Shown here: one piece after another, positions 8,569 through 18,118 of the stretch
Numbering within the stretch: the stretch's first letter is position 1
How the letters are laid out: the number at the start of each line of letters is the position of its first letter
Source of the DNA: a bacterium
Lineage (GTDB): Bacteria > Patescibacteriota > Minisyncoccia > Phycocordibacterales > UBA6899
NCBI GenBank assembly: GCA_043756865.1
Contig: JAYUQG010000019.1
Span: 101,467 to 165,466, forward strand
Direction of reading: 5' to 3'
Length of the DNA stretch: 64,000 bases
Made by a program: the position numbers and the translations under genes
The notes under the pieces: model-generated
Told to the model about the DNA's origin: nothing
Databases searched by the model: none
The model's input: only the letters and a program-made list of their open reading frames with translations

Positions 8569-9072
8569 ATGTCAAAAAAATCACACCATGAACACGCTGC
8601 TAGGCAAAAGAAGCGTGTGATAAAAGCGAGCGCAAGTTGGGTTATAGGTGTCGCAATTGTCGCAGCTATAGTGTACTTCGTGGCCACCGCGCCTAAGGTA
8701 CCTGCAAGCGAATACCTTTCCACCACAGGATTGCACTATCATCCGCACCTCGTCATAACCGTCAATGGAGAAAACGTACCCATCCCAGCAAACATTGGGC
8801 TTGCGGGCACAGTACACAATCCCATTCACACCCACGAAACAGACAATATTGTTCATCTGGAGTTCGAAGGAAAGGTAAAGAAATCTGACACCGACCTTGG
8901 AGAGTTTTTTGCACTCTGGGGAAAGGAGTGGACAGCGACGTCATTTATGGGACTCCCCATCGATGCGACACACACACTCACGATGAAAGTTGACGGCGTT
9001 GAATCGACCGAATACGGTAATCTGTTCATGAAGGACAAGCAGGAGATAGAGCTTATCTATCAAACACTCTAA
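8569..9072 (+). CDS. Hypothetical membrane-anchored protein with a His-rich motif (HYHPHLV...HNPIHTHETD). Possible metal-binding periplasmic domain.
   Basis: MSKKSHHEHAARQKK, then a TM helix (WVIGVAIVAAIVYFVA), then a soluble domain. The start is moved from the track's 8428 to the internal ATG at 8569 to avoid overlap with the divergent gene. Confidence 0.5.
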   Translation: MSKKSHHEHAARQKKRVIKASASWVIGVAIVAAIVYFVATAPKVPASEYLSTTGLHYHPHLVITVNGENVPIPANIGLAGTVHNPIHTHETDNIVHLEFEGKVKKSDTDLGEFFALWGKEWTATSFMGLPIDATHTLTMKVDGVESTEYGNLFMKDKQEIELIYQTL

Positions 9073-9096
9073 ATAGCCTATCCAATTTCCGTATAC

Positions 9097-9127
9097 AAAA
9101 AAGAGCCGAATGTTCGGCTCTTTGTGT
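9097..9127. terminator. Bidirectional terminator
   Basis: aaaaaagagccgaa tgt tcggctctttgtg. 9-bp stem flanked by A-run and T-run. Confidence 0.65.
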
Positions 9128-10627
9128 TTAGAGTACCTTGACCGCGTACTCCGCGAGCGGGGAACGCTCAACGCGGGAGAGGGTTACATGACCGAAGTGT
9201 GACCAGCCTGAATCGCCCTTGAATCGGTCGACCAAATACGCCAATCCAGACGAAGTTTCCGTGAGATACGGGGTGTCAATCTGCCCAAGGTTTCCGAGAC
9301 AGATAATCTTCGTTCCGGGTCCCGCACGGGTCACCAATGTCTTCATCTGCTTTGGCGTCAGATTTTGCGCCTCGTCGATGATAACGAACTTGCGCAGGAA
9401 CGTACGTCCACGCCAGAAGTTCATCGCCTTGATGGAAATTTCTTTTCTCAGTTTTGACACAAGGAAAAGATTGCTGACTTCGTCTGTGGTGTTAGCACCG
9501 CCGAACTTGTTCTTCAGGCGCTTGGCCGGATCATTTTCTGTGCCCAGTGCCTCCGCAATCACCTCGAGGTTATCGTCGAGTGCACCCATCCATGCACCAA
9601 TCTTGTCTTCTTCCGTCCCAGGAAGATAGCCAATATCTTCACCGACTGGAATTGGCGCGCGAGTCATGATGATTCCGGTGTACATACCCGCACCTTTGAG
9701 GGCGAGCGCAGCCGCGATGGTGAGCAACGTCTTGCCTGTACCTGCACCGCCAAGAATGCTGACGAGGTGGATGTTCTCGTCCATCAAGAGATTCATCAGA
9801 AACAGTTGCTCAAGGTTTCGGGTGTTGATGCCGGAAACGATTTGCCGCTCGTAATTCATACAATGCTTAAAGGCAATTTTGCCGTCAGCCAAGCCGACCA
9901 CAATAGACGGACTAGGCCCCACACCATTTGCAGTGATGAGCTGGTTCAAGAAGAGCGGTGTATTACGTGGTTGTGCAATTTCGTAGCGCGCAGAGTTGAC
10001 TTCGCCGTGAGGCGGTTGCACTTGCGACAAGCTTGCCCACGCCGACGCAGGGAGTTCGGTCATACCCGTGTAGATTCCCTTGTCGGAATCAGTCTCCACC
10101 AAATCATTGGTGTAGTCTTCCGCATTGAGCCCGCGAGAGCGCGCTTTGATACGTACGTTGATGTCCTTGGTCACCAAGATCACTTCAACGTAGCGATCGT
10201 TCCGCTTCTCTTTGAGCATCCGCGCGGCGGCAATGATGTGATTGTCGGGAACCGACCGTTCGTATTCCGACAGGCGTGTCGCCGCCTCAAAGACTTCTTG
10301 CTCGGTCTGAATAAAAAGTCGGCCCATACCTTTGACGCCACCGGCGGCATGTTCGAGCGGAAGTCCTTGTTCCAGCTTCCAGTTTGCATGCTTCTTTTCC
10401 ATGAACTGAATCAACGCCTCGATAAACCGCGTGGTTTCTCGGGAATTCCGAGCGACGTCGGTCGAACCCTTCTTGTTGTTGTCGAGTTCTTCGAGTACGG
10501 TCGACGGAATGAAGATGTCGTGCTCTTTGAATCGCAGAAGGGAGGTCGGGTCGTGCATCAGCACGTTGGTGTCAAATACGAACATCTTGAGCGTGTTCCG
10601 CGCCTTGGCGGCGGGTTCTTTTTTCAT
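9128..10627 (-). CDS. PhoH-like ATPase with an N-terminal PIN domain (PhoH2/YlaK-type)
   Basis: N-terminal FVFDTNVLMHDPTSLLRFKEHDIFIPSTVLEELD is a PIN domain. LVSILGGAGTGKTLLTIAAAL is the P-loop, and DEAQNLTPKQMKTLVTRAGPGTKIICLGN is the PhoH motif. The ATG at 10627 is preferred over the GTG at 10636. Confidence 0.85.
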   Translation of the reverse strand: MKKEPAAKARNTLKMFVFDTNVLMHDPTSLLRFKEHDIFIPSTVLEELDNNKKGSTDVARNSRETTRFIEALIQFMEKKHANWKLEQGLPLEHAAGGVKGMGRLFIQTEQEVFEAATRLSEYERSVPDNHIIAAARMLKEKRNDRYVEVILVTKDINVRIKARSRGLNAEDYTNDLVETDSDKGIYTGMTELPASAWASLSQVQPPHGEVNSARYEIAQPRNTPLFLNQLITANGVGPSPSIVVGLADGKIAFKHCMNYERQIVSGINTRNLEQLFLMNLLMDENIHLVSILGGAGTGKTLLTIAAALALKGAGMYTGIIMTRAPIPVGEDIGYLPGTEEDKIGAWMGALDDNLEVIAEALGTENDPAKRLKNKFGGANTTDEVSNLFLVSKLRKEISIKAMNFWRGRTFLRKFVIIDEAQNLTPKQMKTLVTRAGPGTKIICLGNLGQIDTPYLTETSSGLAYLVDRFKGDSGWSHFGHVTLSRVERSPLAEYAVKVL

Positions 10628-10729
10628 TCGATGCACCTCTGGGTTGAGTTAAGGAACTCCTGTCATTAAACTACAACTGTTTCTAGTTTGCGCAAGGGAA
10701 AGCTGTGTTACAATAAAGCTTGCACGAAT

Positions 10730-12544
10730 ATGGAGCAAGAACCACTACAAGCAGGGAAGAGGATTCTCAAAGAAGCGGGGATACCCCACGGCGGTAAAGT
10801 ATTTCTTTTATTGCTTCCGACCATGCTTATCGCCGGAGCAATTGGCTTGGGATGGCTCGCATACTGGCTTCCGCAAACGACATACGCAGCATATACCTAT
10901 CAGGTAATTGCCGGACTTGGACTTATCGAGGCGATTATTATATCTGCAATGCTTTTTGTTATCCTTCCGGGGTATCTCCGTTTTACTGACAGTGCTAGTG
11001 AGGCCGTTAATACTACCGCCTCGAAAGGCGAGCGTTATGTCGCCGCACTTGTAGGCTCGGGGCTCGGTTTTTGGGAATACGATATAGCCAAAAGTGAAGT
11101 CTTTTTTTCAGGGAGTATGTGTGCGATGCTTGGCTATGCAGATCACGACAAAGTGAGCCCAATGAGTTTCTGGTGGGATTCCGTACATCCCGAAGACCGC
11201 GAGGGAATGAGGCGGAGCATGGAATACAGCATGGAGAAACGCACACCTGACTACTCCATCGAATACCGCATAAAAAAGTTTAATGGTGAATACATGTGGG
11301 TTGCCGATAAAGGAAAAGTGGTGGTTGACCACACAGGAACTGCAGTACAACTTGCGGGTGTTACACAGGATGTTTCTAATATCAAACGCGTGCAAGAGGT
11401 ACTCGAAAGTCGTACGCTCGAGCTAGAAGATGCCACGAACAAAATTGAGCAGGAAATTCAGAATGTGCGTAAATTCCAAAAAGCCGTTGATTCGTCCACG
11501 GAGGCTGTTTCGATTACCACCCCTGACGGCGCCATCGTGTACGTCAACCCTGCATGGTCAGTACTCAATGGATACACTGAAGCTGAGGCTCTTGGTAGAA
11601 ACCCGAAGTTACTCAAAAGCGGGGAATCGAAGCCCGAAACGTTCATCGCCATGTGGGAGAAGATTGTCGCAGGGGTTCCATTTCGCACCGAGGACGTATT
11701 CAATCGTCGCAAAGATGCTTCGACCTACCAAGGTGAACTCTCAATTTTCCCCATCCGAGAGGGGAACCAGACACTTTTCTACGTGTCGCTCTGCCAAGAC
11801 ATCACCTTGCGCAAGGAGGTTGATCGCGCGAAGACCGAATTTGTTTCACTGGCATCACATCAATTACGCACACCACTTTCCGCAATTCGCTGGTACTCGG
11901 AGATGCTACTTTCCAAATATGTGGGTGAACTTAACGACAAACAGCGTCAATATGTAAAGGAGATTTATGCAGGAAATCTACGTATGGTTGAGCTCGTCAA
12001 CGCACTATTAAATGTTTCCCGTATCGACCTTGGCACCTTTGCGGTTGAACCAGAGCCGGTTGATTTGGTTGAAATTTGCGAAAGTGTGCTTTCCGAACTC
12101 GCACCGCAAATTATCGAAAAGAAGCAGACTGTCGACAAGATATTCAACAGCGCACCAAAAACATACAGTGCGGATCAAAAACTTATTCGTATTGTATTCC
12201 AGAACTTCCTTTCAAACTCGGTAAAATATACGCAACCAGAAGGCCATATCACCGTAGAAATCAGTACACGCGATAACAACCTCTACATTCGTGTCTCAGA
12301 CAACGGGTACGGTATACCAAAGAGTCAACACGGCAAAATCTTTGAGAAGCTCTTCCGTGCCGACAACGTACGCCAAAAGGATACCGAAGGTACAGGACTC
12401 GGTATATATATCGTAAAAGCCATTGTGGAGTCCTCTGGAGGCAAGATTTGGTTCGAATCCGAGGAGAACCAAGGGACAACATTCCACGTATTGATGCCTC
12501 TATCAGGTATGCCAAAGAAATCAGGGGTAAAGGGCTTGGCATAG
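10730..12544 (+). CDS. Membrane sensor histidine kinase with two N-terminal TM helices, PAS domains, HisKA and HATPase_c
   Basis: FVSLASHQLRTPLSAIRWYSEMLL is the H-box. GTGLGIYIVKAIVESSGGKIWFESEENQGTTFHVLMPL is the G2 box. PAS-like segments precede. The track ORF begins at a TTG at 10688, and the first ATG is at 10730. Confidence 0.85.
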   Translation: MEQEPLQAGKRILKEAGIPHGGKVFLLLLPTMLIAGAIGLGWLAYWLPQTTYAAYTYQVIAGLGLIEAIIISAMLFVILPGYLRFTDSASEAVNTTASKGERYVAALVGSGLGFWEYDIAKSEVFFSGSMCAMLGYADHDKVSPMSFWWDSVHPEDREGMRRSMEYSMEKRTPDYSIEYRIKKFNGEYMWVADKGKVVVDHTGTAVQLAGVTQDVSNIKRVQEVLESRTLELEDATNKIEQEIQNVRKFQKAVDSSTEAVSITTPDGAIVYVNPAWSVLNGYTEAEALGRNPKLLKSGESKPETFIAMWEKIVAGVPFRTEDVFNRRKDASTYQGELSIFPIREGNQTLFYVSLCQDITLRKEVDRAKTEFVSLASHQLRTPLSAIRWYSEMLLSKYVGELNDKQRQYVKEIYAGNLRMVELVNALLNVSRIDLGTFAVEPEPVDLVEICESVLSELAPQIIEKKQTVDKIFNSAPKTYSADQKLIRIVFQNFLSNSVKYTQPEGHITVEISTRDNNLYIRVSDNGYGIPKSQHGKIFEKLFRADNVRQKDTEGTGLGIYIVKAIVESSGGKIWFESEENQGTTFHVLMPLSGMPKKSGVKGLA

Positions 12545-12603
12545 ATGCTAATTCTGACTTATCCCTATTCTCAGTCCTTAAAAGGTGTTACGATAATAAT
12601 TAC

Positions 12604-13008
12604 ATGGAAGACAAGAAACAGCGCACAATATTGGTACTTGAGGATGAACGGCAGCTCGCAAAGGCAGTACGGGAGGCCTTTATTGAACGGGGCTTTGACC
12701 CCATCGTTGTTTCCACTGTGGATGACGGCATCAAACAGCTGGAAAACTTAAAGACTGTAGACGTAATCTGGCTCGACCACTACCTACTAGGTACGGGCAA
12801 TGGGCTCGATTTTGTTGTACAATTAAAGAATCACGCTGAATGGAAAAACATTCCTATTTTTGTGGTTTCCAATACCGCTTCAACGACAAACATCCGCTCC
12901 TATATCCAGCTTGGCGTTTCAAACTATTACACCAAAGCTGACTACGATATCACCCAAATTATTAACGACATTGAGTACGCGCTCACACAGCAGAAACAAA
13001 ACAACTAA
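12604..13008 (+). CDS. Single-domain CheY-like response regulator receiver
   Basis: RTILVLEDERQLAKAV...VDVIWLDHYLLGTGNGLDFVVQLK...IPIFVVSN. The track ORF's N-terminus overlaps the HK gene, so the start is placed at the internal ATG. Confidence 0.75.
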   Translation: MEDKKQRTILVLEDERQLAKAVREAFIERGFDPIVVSTVDDGIKQLENLKTVDVIWLDHYLLGTGNGLDFVVQLKNHAEWKNIPIFVVSNTASTTNIRSYIQLGVSNYYTKADYDITQIINDIEYALTQQKQNN

Positions 13009-13014
13009 AACACC

Positions 13015-13404
13015 ATGCCCGGAACGATTGACAAAAAAATACTGATAGTTGAAGACGAAACACCGTTGCGCAATGCGGTCTCTGATATTCTTACCTTTGA
13101 GGGATTTACTGTATTTCAGGCAAAGAATGGTCAGGAAGGACTCGATATCTCACTCAAGGAACATCCCGACCTCATTCTCCTCGACCTCATGATGCCCGTC
13201 ATGGATGGCCTCACCATGCTCGAGAAACTCCGCCAAGACCAAGACTTCGGCAAAAGCGCTGCGGTCATACTCCTCACTAATATCAATGATCCTGAGAAAG
13301 TTGCTCAGGCCACCGAAGCAGGTTCGTATGACTTTCTTGTGAAGTCGGACTGGAACATTGAGGATGTAGTGAAGAAAATCAAAGGCAGGCTCGCAATCGA
13401 ATAG
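13015..13404 (+). CDS. Single-domain CheY-like response regulator receiver
   Basis: KILIVEDETPLRNAVSDIL...PDLILLDLMMPVMDGLTMLEKLR...AAVILLTN...YDFLVKS. Confidence 0.8.
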   Translation: MPGTIDKKILIVEDETPLRNAVSDILTFEGFTVFQAKNGQEGLDISLKEHPDLILLDLMMPVMDGLTMLEKLRQDQDFGKSAAVILLTNINDPEKVAQATEAGSYDFLVKSDWNIEDVVKKIKGRLAIE

Positions 13405-13430
13405 CTAAAAATACGGCCTTAAACGAAAAT

Positions 13431-13460
13431 TTTCCAAAGAGTCCCTTTGGGAATTTTTTG
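13431..13460 (+). terminator. Rho-independent terminator
   Basis: ttccaaag agtccc tttggga followed by attttttg. Confidence 0.6.
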
Positions 13461-13537
13461 TATCAGAATCATATTTGACACTATGTCTTATGATTAGTAA
13501 TTTGATATCCAGAGATACTGACACAAAAGGAGTGACC

Positions 13538-14173
13538 ATGCGCATCATCGGTGCCGTTCACATGCTTGGAGAAGGCTCGCTCGGAGTGCTCGCTTCCGAG
13601 TATGCAAATACAGACAACTTAACGTTGGTAATATTTTGTCCGACCAACCTCTCCCCAAGCAAAGAGGTGTCACTCTTGTTTGGTCGCGAAACAATCGAAG
13701 CGTTCTTTCAAAAAGCTACTTGGGTGAGGCCAATCACGCAAAGCGATGCAATGACGCTTCGCGTACTTGCACTTGATGAAGCAACACGGAAGGTTTATTT
13801 GACTACCAAAGAAATGCCGCATGAATTGCGCCAGCAGCAGCACCGCATGATTTCACCAAGTGAAATACCGCGCGGTGCAGTACTCTCTCCGTGGGCAGAC
13901 CACTATGCACACTTTGCCCACGTCGCAAGCCGCATGGTCGGCAGTGGCGGAATCGCACCCTCCGCAAATCACGCAACTCTTACGCTTCCCGTGGACCCAA
14001 AAACTGACTTAGTAGCGTTGCTCATGCGATTCGGCTTTAACGACGGACTGAGAGATATGCTCATTCAGGGTACTGCGCAAGCAGACCCACTAGTTGCACG
14101 ACAGCAGTTCGAGAAGATGTTTGAACTTCGCAGACGAGTAAATCGTATCAACTGGAACAAGCAAACTGCCTGA
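13538..14173 (+). CDS. Hypothetical protein
   Basis: Sigma70-like promoter (TTGACA at 13475, 17-nt spacer, TAATTT) and a strong RBS aaaaggagtgaccATG at 13538. The track ORF begins at a TTG that lies inside this promoter. Confidence 0.55.
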   Translation: MRIIGAVHMLGEGSLGVLASEYANTDNLTLVIFCPTNLSPSKEVSLLFGRETIEAFFQKATWVRPITQSDAMTLRVLALDEATRKVYLTTKEMPHELRQQQHRMISPSEIPRGAVLSPWADHYAHFAHVASRMVGSGGIAPSANHATLTLPVDPKTDLVALLMRFGFNDGLRDMLIQGTAQADPLVARQQFEKMFELRRRVNRINWNKQTA

Positions 14174-14187
14174 CGTAAACCCAGTCT

Positions 14188-14215
14188 CCCACCTACCTCG
14201 CGTAGGTGGTTTTTT
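14188..14215 (+). terminator. Rho-independent terminator
   Basis: cccacctac ctcgc gtaggtgg followed by tttttt. Confidence 0.7.
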
Positions 14216-14285
14216 CATTCCCTCTAATTTGTAATGAAAATAACACGCTTTTGCCTTACTACTTTCTAGTTGTGACTCTTGCCTT

Positions 14286-14573
14286 GTGACTAGTTACTTC
14301 CTGCTTGTTTCTTGTCTCTTGTTACTTTATACTGTTTTCACTATGTTTAAAGAATTTCTTATACGCAAACTTATTGCGTCCAAATTAAAAGACCTACCCA
14401 AAGATCAGCAGGAAAAGATTATTGCTGTCGTCACAAAGCACCCCAAGTTGTTCGAGGAGATAGCAATGAAAATCAAGAAACGCACCGACGCTGGGGCCGA
14501 GCAGATGGCTGCCACCATGACGGTTATGAAAGAGTACCAACCCCAGATTCAGAAGCTCATGAGCGAGGACTAA
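14286..14573 (+). CDS. Small hypothetical protein, possibly N-terminally TM-anchored. The start is uncertain, with a GTG at 14286 or an ATG at 14343.
   Basis: The hydrophobic N-terminus YFLLVSCLLLLYTVF is present only with the GTG start. The C-terminus is K/E-rich. Followed by the hairpin taagacccc gaga ggggtctta. Confidence 0.4.
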   Translation: MTSYFLLVSCLLLLYTVFTMFKEFLIRKLIASKLKDLPKDQQEKIIAVVTKHPKLFEEIAMKIKKRTDAGAEQMAATMTVMKEYQPQIQKLMSED

Positions 14574-14624
14574 ATTTTCCAAGTATATAAGACCCCGAGA
14601 GGGGTCTTATAATATAGAACCAAA

Positions 14625-14891
14625 ATGAATAAATACGCCCGACAACCAGACGCAGTCATTGACTTGCATGGACACACCACAAATGAAGCTGGTACAATTC
14701 TTGACACACTGTTTTCGGAAGCACATACACACGTACGTATTATTGTTGGAAAAGGAAACCGCAGTAAAGATGGTCCCATTTTGCCTAATTTTGTTAAGCA
14801 TTATCTGAATTCGCGAGATATAGACTTTAGCCAATCAAAACTTATGGATGGAGGCGAGGGGGCCCTAGAGGCATACCCATCAACACCGTAA
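14625..14891 (+). CDS. Stand-alone Smr (small MutS-related) domain protein
   Basis: AVIDLHGHTTNEAGTILDTLFSEAHTHVRIIVGKGNRSKDGPILPNFVKHYL fits the Smr pattern (LDLHG...hIIhGKG.hS...L). Confidence 0.75.
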   Translation: MNKYARQPDAVIDLHGHTTNEAGTILDTLFSEAHTHVRIIVGKGNRSKDGPILPNFVKHYLNSRDIDFSQSKLMDGGEGALEAYPSTP

Positions 14892-14927
14892 TTAAATAGT
14901 GCAAATCATGCGTGCAGGAGCACCGAT

Positions 14928-17432
14928 CTACATACCGTCCTTTCGCAACAGTGCCGCTGGGGATAGCGTCGTGAATCTTCGAGCAAAAAAGAAAGCGGTC
15001 AAAAGTGTAAATGCGAGTACCACAAGAAAAAGATATATATTTTCACCTGCAAAGTAAAAACCCGTAAAGTCAAACACGTAATAATTCAGCGCATATATTC
15101 CAATATGTGATATGAGTACAGCAAATAACCCAGAAATTACCACTACTGCACTTGATTCAATCAAGAAAAGCTTAAACAATAGCCGCATGCGAGCACCATG
15201 TGCGGTGAAAACGAGCATATCGTTCGCGCGTTCTCTCGCCGAAATTGCAAGCATTGCAATAATAAGCATAAGCCCAAGAAACAGTGCCGGTATTGCTGTA
15301 GCAACTACCGCCGCAGACAATGCAGCAACAATCTTTCGTGCCGCATCAATAATCTGTGTTGTCGGAATCGACGTAATATTGGGGTAGGTAATTGCAAGTG
15401 TATTTTGCAAAACAGGAATTTTATCACTCGGTACGTAGGCGTAACCAAAGCTTGTGCGCGGAATTTGCTCAAGTAGATCTGGACTGAAAACTAAGTAAAA
15501 AAATGGGAGACCATTGGTGGCAATGACCTCTCGAATCGAAGTCACTTTTGCTTCTATGGTGTACCCCGAAATAGTAAACTCGACAATGCTTCCCAGCTTG
15601 AGCTTTGCACGCTCGGCAAAACTTTTTTCAACTGAAACTTCTTTGGTGTGTTCAGCTCCATGCCAAACTCCCGCTATCAGCTTTTCGCCGTCGATGAGCA
15701 CTGCGGACGAAGTTATATTGAATTCGCGTCGCATTTCTTCATCCTCCGTACTCAGATTTTCCTGAATATTATACCCATCACGGGTAGTGAAGCGCGCACG
15801 CGCTGTGGAAAATTCCTTCCACGTTGTTCCCATGATACTTTTTACACCCTCAAGTTGGTCTTGTTGGACATCAATCAAGTAAATATTGGGTGCATCTGCC
15901 TTAAACTCTATGTTAAGGTTTCCAAGCATGTTCTTTTCAAGCAAAGCTATTGCAAACACGCTTGCGAGTGCCACGGTGAGTGAGGCGATTGCTGTTGTGC
16001 CAATCAAGCCCTGATGCTTTAGAAAATTCATGATACATCTCTGTGGAAATGAGAGTGAGAATCGCACGCGGTGACCGAACAATATCACGCCTCGAGATAT
16101 AAGAAATAGAACTACAAATACTCCGGTAATACTGCCGACTGCAATCAGTGCGACGTGGGCAGTTTCAGTTAAGTAGTATACAACCGCATAGAATCCGGCG
16201 AGAGTGAAAAGGAGCATGGGTAATTCCTTTGCCAATAGCACAAATCCTCCATGCTCCGAGCCATATCCATGTAACAGCATTTTTGGCTCTATCGCGAGTA
16301 CTCGCGTAAGAAATCCAAGTGCTGAGAAAAGGCAGAGGAGAAATGTAAACAGCGTAACAACAAAGACATTTTCATAAAGTGCCACCGAAGGAAGGGCACT
16401 TCCCACAAATTTTTCTGCGTATGGAAGCGCAGCATTGGCAAGTAAATTTCCTAGCATTGCTCCTACTGCGCTCGCTACGACAGCAAGAGTACTCAGTAGT
16501 GAAACAAAGAGTAGAAGAAGCTGACCTCTTGGCATACCTAAAGAGCGAATAATAGCAATCGTCTTTTGAAATGCAGCGATGAAATAGGTGAGGTTGAGTC
16601 GGATATTTACTACCACCAAAAATAGTGCGAGCACTATCATGGAGAAGAAAAAACGCTCAGCTGAGTCCAGAATGCGCAACAGTGATGTCGGTCCGTCTGC
16701 TGCTACTGAGATGCGATACTTCGGTCTTTCAAATTCGCGTTTGAGGTCTTGGGTTGCGAGCGTCCCATCGCTTGCGGTAAATGTATCAGGATACCGAATA
16801 GAAAGCATGTAGTCGGCGCGACTTTGTTTTCCATCAAGTCCTGTCCGTGCCCATCCGGCCTGAGAAATTATAAGCAAAGGTCCAAGTCGAAAGCTTCCGC
16901 CGATGCGGTCTGGTTCACTGGTGACGACATTTTGTATGAGAAACTGCTCACTTCCTATTGTGAGTTTTTCTCCAATTGCGAGATTCATGCGAACAAGCAT
17001 ATCTTCCGCAATAAATACCTCATTTTCGTTTGGGACGCTTGGGCCAGTTTCCCTGAGACCGAGTGCGCCATACAGTGGATACTGTGCATCTACCACCTTT
17101 ACTGTTACAAGCAGGCTTGAAAGGGCAGTTGTGATTTGCGGTTTGCTCGACTGCACAACAACCAGTGTGTCAGTGCGCCATGAAAGGGTTGCACCGCGTT
17201 CACGCAAAAGATTGAGTGCTGGTTGTGCGCTATCGACTGCGGTATTACTTTCGATTGTCACATCTCCGCCCAGTAGCGTACGCGACTCAGAAATGAAAAA
17301 ACGTTGCACACTGCCAATCAATCCGAGTACTGCAGCAAGAGTGAGCGCACCGAGAATGAGGCTGAAAAATGCCAGATACAAGCGTACCCCGCTCCGCCTC
17401 ATAATTCGCGGAAGAAGTGTGGTGATAATCAT
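14928..17432 (-). CDS. ABC transporter permease of the FtsX/MacB-like family with two FtsX modules (YbbP-like)
   Basis: 834 aa. Two groups of 3-4 TM helices, each following a large extracytoplasmic loop. Positioned immediately downstream of an ABC ATPase and opposite a tesA-like gene, as in the E. coli tesA / ybbA-ybbP arrangement. Confidence 0.8.
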   Translation of the reverse strand: MIITTLLPRIMRRSGVRLYLAFFSLILGALTLAAVLGLIGSVQRFFISESRTLLGGDVTIESNTAVDSAQPALNLLRERGATLSWRTDTLVVVQSSKPQITTALSSLLVTVKVVDAQYPLYGALGLRETGPSVPNENEVFIAEDMLVRMNLAIGEKLTIGSEQFLIQNVVTSEPDRIGGSFRLGPLLIISQAGWARTGLDGKQSRADYMLSIRYPDTFTASDGTLATQDLKREFERPKYRISVAADGPTSLLRILDSAERFFFSMIVLALFLVVVNIRLNLTYFIAAFQKTIAIIRSLGMPRGQLLLLFVSLLSTLAVVASAVGAMLGNLLANAALPYAEKFVGSALPSVALYENVFVVTLFTFLLCLFSALGFLTRVLAIEPKMLLHGYGSEHGGFVLLAKELPMLLFTLAGFYAVVYYLTETAHVALIAVGSITGVFVVLFLISRGVILFGHRVRFSLSFPQRCIMNFLKHQGLIGTTAIASLTVALASVFAIALLEKNMLGNLNIEFKADAPNIYLIDVQQDQLEGVKSIMGTTWKEFSTARARFTTRDGYNIQENLSTEDEEMRREFNITSSAVLIDGEKLIAGVWHGAEHTKEVSVEKSFAERAKLKLGSIVEFTISGYTIEAKVTSIREVIATNGLPFFYLVFSPDLLEQIPRTSFGYAYVPSDKIPVLQNTLAITYPNITSIPTTQIIDAARKIVAALSAAVVATAIPALFLGLMLIIAMLAISARERANDMLVFTAHGARMRLLFKLFLIESSAVVVISGLFAVLISHIGIYALNYYVFDFTGFYFAGENIYLFLVVLAFTLLTAFFFARRFTTLSPAALLRKDGM

Positions 17433-18094
17433 AAGGAAATCTCGGACACTGCGCCTTCGTTAATCAAAAGTGTCCGATCCATGAGTCTTGCTATTTCTTT
17501 GTCATGAGTAATGATCACCAGTGTGCGCGTCTTACCACTTGCAGCATCTTTGATTAGCTTGAGCACTTGCGCCCCCGTTGTGGGGTCGAGGTTTCCCGTT
17601 GGTTCATCCGCAAACAAAATTTTAGGGTCTTGTGCCAATGCTCGAGCGATGGCGACACGCTGCTCTTCTCCACCTGAGAGCATGGACGGGAGATGCGCTC
17701 CTCGGTGCGAAAGACCAACTTGAGAAAGTGCAGTAGCAGCAATTGCTCTTCCATCTTTCTGTGCAATATCGAGAGGTAACATGACGTTTTCAAGGGCAGT
17801 AAAAGAAGGGACCAGTTCAAATGACTGAAAAATTATTCCAATTTCTGTGTTGCGCAAGTGAGAAAGCTCAACCTCAGAAAGCTGTGAAATATCTTTTCCA
17901 TTAATTGCAATCACCCCTTGGTCTGCGGAGTCCATGCCAGACATGAGCGCGAGCAGTGTAGATTTCCCAGAACCTGACGGGCCAATAATTGCGACGTGCT
18001 CGCCATCAGCAATTTTGAGACTAATATCATGCAGTACGGGAATTATCGTACCTCCTTGGGTGTATGACTTTGAGACATGAGTAAGTTCGATCAT
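17429..18094 (-). CDS. ABC transporter ATP-binding protein (YbbA/LolD-like)
   Basis: [11 protein letters not shown]...[32 protein letters not shown] (Walker A). [15 protein letters not shown] (signature). [12 protein letters not shown] (Walker B). Overlaps the permease gene by 4 nt. The ATG at 18094 is preferred over the TTG at 18130. Confidence 0.9.
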   Translation of the reverse strand: MIELTHVSKSYTQGGTIIPVLHDISLKIADGEHVAIIGPSGSGKSTLLALMSGMDSADQGVIAINGKDISQLSEVELSHLRNTEIGIIFQSFELVPSFTALENVMLPLDIAQKDGRAIAATALSQVGLSHRGAHLPSMLSGGEEQRVAIARALAQDPKILFADEPTGNLDPTTGAQVLKLIKDAASGKTRTLVIITHDKEIARLMDRTLLINEGAVSEISL

Positions 18095-18118
18095 AGAACC
18101 CCATGGTATCATCTGAGC

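Noticed and set aside
9767-10669. 300-aa plus-strand ORF and 9219..9629
   Set aside because: Antisense to the PIN-PhoH ATPase gene. No motifs.
15112-17463. Multiple plus-strand ORFs, for example 16903..17463 (186 aa)
   Set aside because: Antisense to the ybbP-like permease, with low-complexity translations.
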